Below are positions 46,615 through 54,375 of a stretch of 60,863 nt of DNA, in pieces. Each line of letters opens with the position of its first letter. Positions within the stretch are counted from its first letter, which is position 1. The notes under the pieces were generated by a model, which saw nothing but the letters and a program-made list of their open reading frames with translations, did no database searches and was not told the origin of the DNA. Location: positions 1 to 60,863 of the forward strand of contig CAYRIB010000003.1 of the NCBI GenBank assembly GCA_964424165.1. The letters run 5' to 3'. A program made the translations under genes and the position numbers. The stretch comes from an uncultured Myxococcales bacterium. GTDB lineage: Bacteria > Myxococcota_A > UBA9042 > DTJE01.

Positions 46615-46805
46615 AATCGCCCTTCTCCCAGCCGCATCATTCGGGCCGCTTTCATTATGCGAGCCCCCCCCCGAAAGTCAAATTCGCCCGAGGTCCCCGC
46701 AACCTCGCACGCATACTTGACATCCCGTGCCAACAATGGCACTAGAAGTGTTCATTCGTGCGATCTGGCGTGGCGCGCTGCGGCACGTCGACTTGAAGGG
46801 AGGAA

Positions 46806-49319
46806 ATGATGACCCCGTTGTGGAAACGTGACCTAGGCCGCGCCATCGGCCTGCTCGGGCGGATGGCGACTGCGGTTGCCGCATCCCTGGCCTTGCTGCC
46901 GCAGGCGCTTGCGGGCGAGGCGGATCTGAATGTTCCGTCGCTGTCGCAGGTCCAGTTCCTCGGTGGGGTCGGGGGTGACACGCTCCTGCTCGTCGGCCTG
47001 GCCGTCTGCCTTCTGGGCATGGTGTTCGGACTCGTCATGTACGTGCGCCTGAAGAAGCTGCCCGTCCATCGCTCGATGGCCGACATCTCGAGCCTGATCT
47101 ACGAAACGTGCAAGACCTACCTGCTTACCCAGGGCAAGTTCCTGGCCATCCTGTGGTCGTTCATCGCGATCATCATGGTGGTGTACTTCGGCTGGCTCAA
47201 GCCCATCGACCCGGTGCACTCGCACATCCCGGTCTGGGCCAGCGTGTCGATTATCGTCATCTTCAGCATCATCGGGATCCTCGGCAGCTACGGCGTGGCT
47301 TGGTTCGGCATCCGGATCAACACCTTCGCCAATTCCCGAACCGCGTTTGCAAGCCTGCGGGGCAAGCCGTTCCCGGTGTATTCCATTCCGGCCAGTTCCG
47401 GGATGTCGATCGGCATGCTGCTCATCTCGGTCGAACTGATCATCATGCTGGCCATCCTGCTGTTCGTGCCGGGCCAACTCGCAGGCGCCTGTTTCATCGG
47501 GTTCGCGATCGGCGAATCGCTGGGTGCGGCGGCACTGCGCATCGCGGGCGGCATCTTTACGAAGATCGCGGACATCGGTTCCGACCTGATGAAGATCGTG
47601 TTCAAGATCAAAGAGGACGACGCACGCAACCCCGGGGTCATTGCGGACTGCACCGGCGACAATGCCGGCGATTCGGTCGGCCCGACCGCCGACGGGTTCG
47701 AAACCTACGGCGTGACCGGCGTGGCACTGATCACGTTCATCCTTCTGGCCGTCACCAAGGCAGGCTCGCCCGAAGCCAACGCCACCATCCAGGTGCAATT
47801 GCTCGTATGGATCTTCGTGATGCGCGTCCTGATGATCATCACCTCCGCGGTGTCGTATTTCGCCAATGACTTCGTGGCACGGATGCGATTTCTGCAGGCC
47901 GACAAAATGGACTTCGAACAGCCCCTGACCTCGCTGGTCTGGCTGACCTCAATCGTGTCGATCGGCATGACCTTCCTGGCTTCGTGGCTGCTGATCCCGG
48001 ATCTTGGCGGCAACACGACCATGTGGTGGAAGCTCGCCAGCATCATCTCGTGCGGCACCATCGCGGGCGCCCTGATCCCCGAACTCGTGAAGGTCTTCAC
48101 CTCGACCAAGTCCGGCCATGTGCGCGAGGTGCTTACGGCCTCGAAAGAAGGCGGGCCCTCGCTCAACATCCTGTCGGGCTTCGTGGCCGGCAATTTCAGT
48201 GCCTACTGGATGGGCATCACCATCGTGGGTCTCATGGCCATCGCCTATGGCATCGGTACCCTCGGGTTGCACGACCTGATGCACGCGGAGTCCGTGTTCG
48301 CGTTCGGTCTGGTGGCCTTCGGGTTCCTGGGCATGGGCCCGGTGACCATCGCGGTGGACAGTTACGGACCGGTGACCGACAACGCGCAGTCCGTGTTCGA
48401 ACTCTCGACGATCGAGACCCTGCCCAACGCACCGGCCGAAATTGAGCGCGACTTCGGATTCACGCCCGACTTCACGCGCGCCAAGGAACACCTCGAAGAA
48501 GGCGATGGGGCAGGCAACACGTTCAAGGCCACGGCCAAGCCCGTGCTGATCGGAACCGCGGTGGTGGGCGCCACGGCCCTGATCTTCTCGATCATCCAGA
48601 TGCTTGGTGCCGGCTACGGCCCGGAGGTCGTCGAGAGGGCATTGTCGATCCTGAACCCCCGCTTCCTGCTGGGCCTGATCCTCGGCGGGGCCATCATCTA
48701 CTGGTTCACCGGGGCCGCCACCCAGGCCGTGACCACGGGTGCCCACCGGGCCGTGGCCTTCATCAAGAAGCACATCCATCTGGACAGCGGGGCCGAGCGC
48801 GCCTCGGTCACGGACAGCAAGAAGGTCGTTGAAATCTGCACCCAGTATGCCCAGAAGGGCATGTTCAATATCTTCCTGGCCGTGTTCTTCAGCGCCCTGG
48901 CGTTCGCATTCCTGGACCCGTTCATGTTCATCGGCTATCTGATCTCGATCGCGATCTTCGGCTTGTATCAGGCCATCTTCATGGCCAATGCGGGCGGGGC
49001 CTGGGACAATGCCAAGAAGATCGCCGAGACCGAACTCAAGGCCAAGGGCACGCCTCTGCACGACGCGACGGTCGTGGGCGACACCGTGGGTGACCCCTTC
49101 AAGGACACCTCTTCGGTGGCCATGAACCCGGTGATCAAGTTCACCACCCTGTTCGGGGTGCTCGCCGTGGAACTGGCCGAAAAGATCCGCCATCCGGACG
49201 TCGCGAACTTCGGGGTGGTCGAAAACACCCTGCCCACCGTACTGGCCGCCTGCTTCTTCGCGGTGTCCGTGGTCTTCGTGTGGCGCTCGTTCTACGGCAT
49301 GCGGATCAAGGCGGACTAG
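46806..49319 (+). CDS. hppA: membrane-bound proton-translocating pyrophosphatase (divergent, long form)
   Basis: About 16 TM helices. Motifs: KIADIGSDLMKIVFKIKEDDARNPGVIADCTGDNAGDSVGPTADGFETY, DSYGPVTDNA, GNTFKATAKP, GGAWDNAKK, DTVGDPFKDT. GGGAGG lies before the ATGATG at 46806/46809. Confidence 0.93.
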   Translation: MMTPLWKRDLGRAIGLLGRMATAVAASLALLPQALAGEADLNVPSLSQVQFLGGVGGDTLLLVGLAVCLLGMVFGLVMYVRLKKLPVHRSMADISSLIYETCKTYLLTQGKFLAILWSFIAIIMVVYFGWLKPIDPVHSHIPVWASVSIIVIFSIIGILGSYGVAWFGIRINTFANSRTAFASLRGKPFPVYSIPASSGMSIGMLLISVELIIMLAILLFVPGQLAGACFIGFAIGESLGAAALRIAGGIFTKIADIGSDLMKIVFKIKEDDARNPGVIADCTGDNAGDSVGPTADGFETYGVTGVALITFILLAVTKAGSPEANATIQVQLLVWIFVMRVLMIITSAVSYFANDFVARMRFLQADKMDFEQPLTSLVWLTSIVSIGMTFLASWLLIPDLGGNTTMWWKLASIISCGTIAGALIPELVKVFTSTKSGHVREVLTASKEGGPSLNILSGFVAGNFSAYWMGITIVGLMAIAYGIGTLGLHDLMHAESVFAFGLVAFGFLGMGPVTIAVDSYGPVTDNAQSVFELSTIETLPNAPAEIERDFGFTPDFTRAKEHLEEGDGAGNTFKATAKPVLIGTAVVGATALIFSIIQMLGAGYGPEVVERALSILNPRFLLGLILGGAIIYWFTGAATQAVTTGAHRAVAFIKKHIHLDSGAERASVTDSKKVVEICTQYAQKGMFNIFLAVFFSALAFAFLDPFMFIGYLISIAIFGLYQAIFMANAGGAWDNAKKIAETELKAKGTPLHDATVVGDTVGDPFKDTSSVAMNPVIKFTTLFGVLAVELAEKIRHPDVANFGVVENTLPTVLAACFFAVSVVFVWRSFYGMRIKAD

Positions 49320-49338
49320 AAAGCCCTGGCGTGCGGCG

Positions 49339-50796
49339 CTAGATCGGGTCGTCGCTTCCGGTGGAATACACCACATCACCCACGTGAACCTGCGGTGTTC
49401 CCGAAGCCCGAAGATATTGCAGATCCGCCATCTCGGTGGTCAGCCGTGCGTAACCCCAGGCGGAACCGGCCTCCCCGTCAGAATGTCGCGCAAGCTGCGC
49501 ACCCAGGGCCCGATTGGCACGCGGCATGCGCCGACGCAGTTCCCCTTCCCGCAGCCACGGGGGCACCTCGTCGCTCAGGCCCGCGAGCACGGCAGCAGGG
49601 TCCGCGGGAATCTGCGGGCGAACCGGGTCCGAAAGCCATACGAGCAGCGATGCCATGGTGCGCCGCCCGCCCTGATCCGCCCCCCACAGCACGCCCCGGG
49701 CCAACAGCAGGCCGAACACGCCGATCGAGAAGCCCATGGGCACGAATACCAGGAGCATGCGCAACGTGGGGCTTGCGGCCGACAGGGTCAGGACCCCAAG
49801 CACGATCGCGCCGAGCAGATTAACGAACGAAAAGCCCATCACCAGCAGGGCTGCCGGCGTGTCATGCGCCAGGGCCCAGGACGCGGCCTCGACGCGCGCA
49901 AAGGCGTCGGGCTCAGGCGCATCGTTCTTCACATCCGCTGCCCCTTCGACATCGGTGCGCAGCAGGCTGCGGAAGTCGTAAACGATGCTGCCCCCGTCGG
50001 TCACCAGCACATCCGCCCCATATTGGGCGTACAGACGCGACACCTCGACGTCGGCCGAAGCCAGGTCACCGCCGAACAGCCAGACCCAGTCACTGGCGCC
50101 CGCGAAGCCGTTACAGGCCACGACGTGGCGCAAGAACGCCCGATCCCGGTCCCGCCCCTCAACCATACGGGCGCCTTTACCGAACACGAACGCGAAGATC
50201 CGGTCCTGCCAGGGACGCCCCGCTGCCCGCCGGGCCAGGGTCGCGAGCGAAAACCCCAGCCACCGCGATGCACCATCCGCCCCTGCCTCGGACCCGGCTT
50301 GATCGGAGGTGTCGCTTTGGGGGTGCAAGACGGCCTGCACCGGGTCTTCGCGACGGCGCACCAGGTCCAAAGCCATTCCCCCGAGCAGCTTCAGGAACTC
50401 CTTGATCGGGGTCGAAAACTCGGACAGGCCCTGGCCTCGGGTCAGCATGGCGATGAAGAACAGGATATAGATAGTGCCGTAGATCAGGAGGATACCCAGA
50501 AATCCGAGTCTGAACAGAAATCGGGCCACGGCCTGGGCCCCGTGCCCGACGGCTCGTGCGATCGCCCCCAAACGCTCCTGAACGGTGATGCGGGCCTGTG
50601 CCTCGGGCCCGAAGTCGTAGAGGATCTCGCCGCTCTGCGTGACCTTCAGCACGCATCGAAAGCGGCGAATCAAACTGCGCAGGGCCGGTTCCGCCTCGGT
50701 TTTCGGCAGCCCCGTCGCCGCCATCAACTGGCCCAGGGACAAGCTCCCTGGTGACTTGCGCACCACCTCGAACAGGGACATTTCGGCCTTGGTCAT
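49339..50796 (-). CDS. hypothetical membrane protein with three internal repeats
   Basis: Trimmed to Met50, which is preceded by GAAGGAG with a 6-nt spacer. TM helices FLFRLGFLGILLIYGTIYILFFIAML, LLVMGFSFVNLLGAIVLGVLTL and LLVFVPMGFSIGVFGLLLA. Repeated ...G.I.YDF modules. Confidence 0.65.
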   Translation of the reverse strand: MTKAEMSLFEVVRKSPGSLSLGQLMAATGLPKTEAEPALRSLIRRFRCVLKVTQSGEILYDFGPEAQARITVQERLGAIARAVGHGAQAVARFLFRLGFLGILLIYGTIYILFFIAMLTRGQGLSEFSTPIKEFLKLLGGMALDLVRRREDPVQAVLHPQSDTSDQAGSEAGADGASRWLGFSLATLARRAAGRPWQDRIFAFVFGKGARMVEGRDRDRAFLRHVVACNGFAGASDWVWLFGGDLASADVEVSRLYAQYGADVLVTDGGSIVYDFRSLLRTDVEGAADVKNDAPEPDAFARVEAASWALAHDTPAALLVMGFSFVNLLGAIVLGVLTLSAASPTLRMLLVFVPMGFSIGVFGLLLARGVLWGADQGGRRTMASLLVWLSDPVRPQIPADPAAVLAGLSDEVPPWLREGELRRRMPRANRALGAQLARHSDGEAGSAWGYARLTTEMADLQYLRASGTPQVHVGDVVYSTGSDDPI

Positions 50797-50882
50797 CTGT
50801 GGCTCCTTCGGAACGTCGCGAACTTGCATTCCGTCCGCCAAAATTCTATAACGCAGTCGTGGGTTTTGCGAGAGGCGGGCAC

Positions 50883-51338
50883 GTGCGGGTTGCGGTACCA
50901 ACGGATGATGGCAGACACGTGGCACGCCGCTTCGGCCGGGCACGGGCGTTTGTGGTCACCGACGTGGACCAGGGACAGATTGCACCTTCGGATGTGCGTC
51001 CGAACCCGATGAGCGCCACCTCGGACCCGCCGCCCAAGACCCGTTTCCGGGCGTCCCACAAGACTTTCCGACCCCATCGCCACCAGATGCTCTTGGACCT
51101 TTTGGCAGACTGCCGTTCGGTGATCGTGTACGGCATCAGCGAACCCCTGCGCCACCTTCTATTCAGTCGCGGCATCGAGGTGGTCTTCACCTCCGAGGAA
51201 CTGGTGGACCGCGTGCTGGCGCTGTTCTCGGTCGGTGCTCTCCGGGATGAATCGCGCAGCGATGAAGCCCCACTCGATGATGGCTCCGACGGGTGGGATG
51301 CCACGCGATTCGGAACCGGGGACGACTACGACGCGTGA
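50883..51338 (+). CDS. NifB/NifX-type (dinitrogenase FeMo-cofactor-binding fold) domain protein with acidic tail
   Basis: GTG 50883 after GAGAGG. VRVAVPTDDGRHVARRFGRARAFVVTDV...LLADCRSVIVYGISEPLRHLLFSRGIEV matches the family pattern. The stop lies 2 nt before the next start. Confidence 0.6.
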   Translation: MRVAVPTDDGRHVARRFGRARAFVVTDVDQGQIAPSDVRPNPMSATSDPPPKTRFRASHKTFRPHRHQMLLDLLADCRSVIVYGISEPLRHLLFSRGIEVVFTSEELVDRVLALFSVGALRDESRSDEAPLDDGSDGWDATRFGTGDDYDA

Positions 51339-51340
51339 AC

Positions 51341-52084
51341 ATGTCGAACGCAGCCGTCGAACTGCGGGATGTAGATCAATCCTTTGCGGGCCGCAAGGTG
51401 CTGGATGGGTGTGCCTTGCGCCTCGAGGCCGGCCGGATCCACGGACTGATCGGGCGCGGAGGCTCGGGCAAGACGCTGCTCACCCGCGTGATCTCGACCC
51501 TGCTGCGCCCGGACGCCGGGATCGTGCGTCTGTTCGGTCGCGAGGTGGACTGGGATGACGATGACCTCGTCCGGTCGCTCCGGGCAGGGATCGGCATGCA
51601 GTTCCAGAACATCGCCCTGTTCGACTTTCTCGACGTCTTCAACAACGTGCTGTTTCCCCTCCGGGCTCGAAAAGGAGATGCGCCTCTCGAAGACTCGGAA
51701 GAACGCGTGATGGGAGCCCTTGCCGCGGTCGGTCTGGCCGCTGCAGCGCGGCACCAGGTGTCCGAGCTGTCGGGGGGAATGCAGAGGCGCGTGGCCATCG
51801 CGCGCGCCCTGGTCACCGGGGCCGAACTTCTGATCCTCGATGACCCCACGGGCGGTCTGGACCCGGTCACGTCGTCACGCACCTTCGATCTGATCGCCCA
51901 CATCCACGAACAACAGCGCAAGACCATTCTGGTCGTTTCGCACGACCTCGACCGTCTGGAGAGGATCTGCGATCGCTACCACGTGCTCGATTCCGGCCGG
52001 ATCCTGTTTTCGGGGACCTTGGACGAGGGCAGGGGGTCGGCCAATCCGGGCGTTTCGGGATTGTTGACGGGGTACACGGCATGA
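51341..52084 (+). CDS. mlaF: MlaF-like ABC ATPase 1 (Walker B Glu replaced by Asp)
   Basis: GRGGSGKT, Q-loop MQFQ, LSGGMQRRVAIARAL, LLILDDPTGGLD, VVSHDLD. 247 aa. Confidence 0.88.
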   Translation: MSNAAVELRDVDQSFAGRKVLDGCALRLEAGRIHGLIGRGGSGKTLLTRVISTLLRPDAGIVRLFGREVDWDDDDLVRSLRAGIGMQFQNIALFDFLDVFNNVLFPLRARKGDAPLEDSEERVMGALAAVGLAAAARHQVSELSGGMQRRVAIARALVTGAELLILDDPTGGLDPVTSSRTFDLIAHIHEQQRKTILVVSHDLDRLERICDRYHVLDSGRILFSGTLDEGRGSANPGVSGLLTGYTA

Positions 52085-52851
52085 ACGCGGGACTCGCCAA
52101 CGTCGGCCGCGCATGGCTGGACCTTTGCACCACCGTGGGGGGTCTGGGACGCCTGCAGTGGGCGATCTTCCAGGCCATGTTCCCGCCCCGCTTCGACTAC
52201 GACGAAACCTTGCGGCAGTTCTACAAGGTCGGGGTTCAGAGCCTGCCCGTGGTGATCGTGACCGCACTGTTCACCGGGGCCATCATGGTGGTTGGTGGCG
52301 GAACCGCGGTGCGCAATACGGGGGCCACCTCCCTGGTCGGGTGGGTCGCGGGAACGGCGGTGCTGGCCGAGGTCGGCCCGGTCCTGATCGGCCTCATGTT
52401 CTCGGGGCGGGTCGGGGCCAACAACACCGCGGAACTCGGCACCATGAGCGTGACCGATCAGGTCAATGCCCTGCGGGTTCTGGGGCTGGACCCGATCGGG
52501 TATCTCGTGGTGCCACGCTTCGTGTCGATGATTGTGATGCTGGGCCTGCTCACCTGCATCGGGGACCTGTTCGCCCTGACCGGGGGGGCCATTACGTGCC
52601 AGTTCCTGCTCGACATCGACATGCGGGTCTACTGGCAATCGGTGATGGACAGCCACTTGATCAACGAGTTCGTCATGGGCATCGTCAAGGGCGTGGCCTT
52701 CGGTTGGAGCATCTCGGTGGTGTCTTGCTACTATGGGATGAACGTGTCAGGAGGGGCCGAGGGCGTTGGCCGAGCGGTCAACAACTCGGTGGTTGCGGCC
52801 GCCATCGGCATCTTCGTGGTGAACTACCTCATTACGTCGGTGTGGCTGTGA
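52081..52851 (+). CDS. mlaE: MlaE-like ABC permease 1
   Basis: ATGA overlap with ATPase 1. ...FSGRVGANNTAELGTMSVTDQVNALRVLGLDPIGYLVVPRF... is the MlaE/YrbE signature region. 256 aa. Confidence 0.88.
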   Translation: MNAGLANVGRAWLDLCTTVGGLGRLQWAIFQAMFPPRFDYDETLRQFYKVGVQSLPVVIVTALFTGAIMVVGGGTAVRNTGATSLVGWVAGTAVLAEVGPVLIGLMFSGRVGANNTAELGTMSVTDQVNALRVLGLDPIGYLVVPRFVSMIVMLGLLTCIGDLFALTGGAITCQFLLDIDMRVYWQSVMDSHLINEFVMGIVKGVAFGWSISVVSCYYGMNVSGGAEGVGRAVNNSVVAAAIGIFVVNYLITSVWL

Positions 52852-52859
52852 GCAGCGGG

Positions 52860-53621
52860 ATGAAGTCAGTGATTGGGAACCTCCCGTTCATGGACCTTCC
52901 AGGAAGGTACGCCAACCTGCTGGGGCAGACCCTGCGTGCGCTGTTTCGAAGCCCTCCGTCGCGCACCGTGCTGCTCGATCAGATGCACAATGTGGGCAAC
53001 CGCTCGATCCTGTTCATCACCGTGACCATCGGATTTCTGGGGTTCATGCTCGTGTACGAGGCGTGCATCAACGCCCTCAAGGTCATTCCCGAGCTGTCGG
53101 GCGTTGGAGGCCTTTTCATTTCGACCTTCGTCAGCGAGTTCGGCCCCACGATCACGGCCCTGATGATCGCGATCCGGGTGGGCAGCGGCATCGCGGCCGA
53201 ACTCGGGTCCATGAAGGTCACCGACCAGCTCGACGCGATGCGACTGACCAATACCGACCCCGTGGAATACGTGCTTGCCCCCCGTTTCGTGGCCACGTCG
53301 ATCATGACCGTGGTCTTGTCGATTTACGCGGTGGCCGTGGGCACGGCAGCGGGCATGCTGGTCGCGGCCACCCGGTTCCAGATCAATCCCAAGACCTTCC
53401 TGACGCTGCGCAACGTGGACTGGGCCGACTTTGGCACGGGTCTGACCAAGGCCGTAGCCTACGGGATCGTCATCCCGATCATTGCCGCGGAGTCCGGATT
53501 CCGCACCGAGGGCGGCTCGGAAGGGGTAGGGTGGGCCACGACCCGCGCCGTGGTCAACACATCGTTCGCAGTGATCATGCTCGATTTCGTGATTGGTTCG
53601 ATCTTCTATCTCGTGACGTGA
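52860..53621 (+). CDS. mlaE: MlaE-like ABC permease 2 (divergent paralog)
   Basis: Track ORF 52113..53621 trimmed to ATG 52860, 8 nt after the permease 1 stop. ...AIRVGSGIAAELGSMKVTDQLDAMRLTNTDPVEYVLAPRF... 253 aa. Confidence 0.85.
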   Translation: MKSVIGNLPFMDLPGRYANLLGQTLRALFRSPPSRTVLLDQMHNVGNRSILFITVTIGFLGFMLVYEACINALKVIPELSGVGGLFISTFVSEFGPTITALMIAIRVGSGIAAELGSMKVTDQLDAMRLTNTDPVEYVLAPRFVATSIMTVVLSIYAVAVGTAAGMLVAATRFQINPKTFLTLRNVDWADFGTGLTKAVAYGIVIPIIAAESGFRTEGGSEGVGWATTRAVVNTSFAVIMLDFVIGSIFYLVT

Positions 53622-53628
53622 GGGCCCG

Positions 53629-54372
53629 GTGTTCGAGTTTCGCGAAGTCAGCAAGGCCTTTGGGGACCATCCGGTATTCTCGCGCCTCTCGCTGACCCTG
53701 CACGACCGTGAAATCACCTACATCATCGGCAGCAGCGGCACGGGCAAGAGCGTGTTGATCAAGCTCGGACTCGGACTCATCCACCCCGACGAGGGCCGGA
53801 TCCTCGTGGACGGACAGGACGTCACGGACCTCTCCGAGGCGGCATGGCGCCCGATTCGCAAGCGTAACGTCCTGGTGTTTCAGCATTCCACCCTCTTCGA
53901 TTCCATGACCCTGCGCGAGAACGTGGCCCTGCCGCTGCGGCGACATGCAGGGCTGTCCCGCCAGGCCGCACTCGATCACGCGGTCGAATACCTCGAACTC
54001 ATGCAGATGGCCGATCAGGCCGATCGGATGCCGCAGGAGATCGGCCCTTCCGAACGCAAACGGGCGGCCATTGCGCGCGCCCTGGCCTTGTCTCCGCAGT
54101 GCGCGATCCTTGACGAACCGACCACCGGTCTGGACGTGCTGACCGCAGCCTCGGTCGACGAGGTGATCGTCCGCCTCGGGCGCGTCCTGGGCAAAACCGT
54201 CATCGTGGTGTCGCACGACATCCGCTCGATCTTCGGCGTTGCGGACCGCATCATCTTTTTGTATAAGGGGCAAGTGCATCTGGATGGCAGCCCGGGCGAC
54301 TTTCGGAAGTCGACGGACCCCGTGGTTCGCCAGTTCGTCAATGGGGATGCATCCGGCCCGATGGAGACCTGA
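53629..54372 (+). CDS. mlaF: MlaF-like ABC ATPase 2 (signature motif degenerate)
   Basis: GTG start. GSSGTGKS, Q-loop VFQH, AILDEPTTGLD, VVSHDI. The signature position reads MPQEIGPSERKRAAIARAL instead of LSGG. Confidence 0.85.
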   Translation: MFEFREVSKAFGDHPVFSRLSLTLHDREITYIIGSSGTGKSVLIKLGLGLIHPDEGRILVDGQDVTDLSEAAWRPIRKRNVLVFQHSTLFDSMTLRENVALPLRRHAGLSRQAALDHAVEYLELMQMADQADRMPQEIGPSERKRAAIARALALSPQCAILDEPTTGLDVLTAASVDEVIVRLGRVLGKTVIVVSHDIRSIFGVADRIIFLYKGQVHLDGSPGDFRKSTDPVVRQFVNGDASGPMET

Positions 54373-54375
54373 TCA

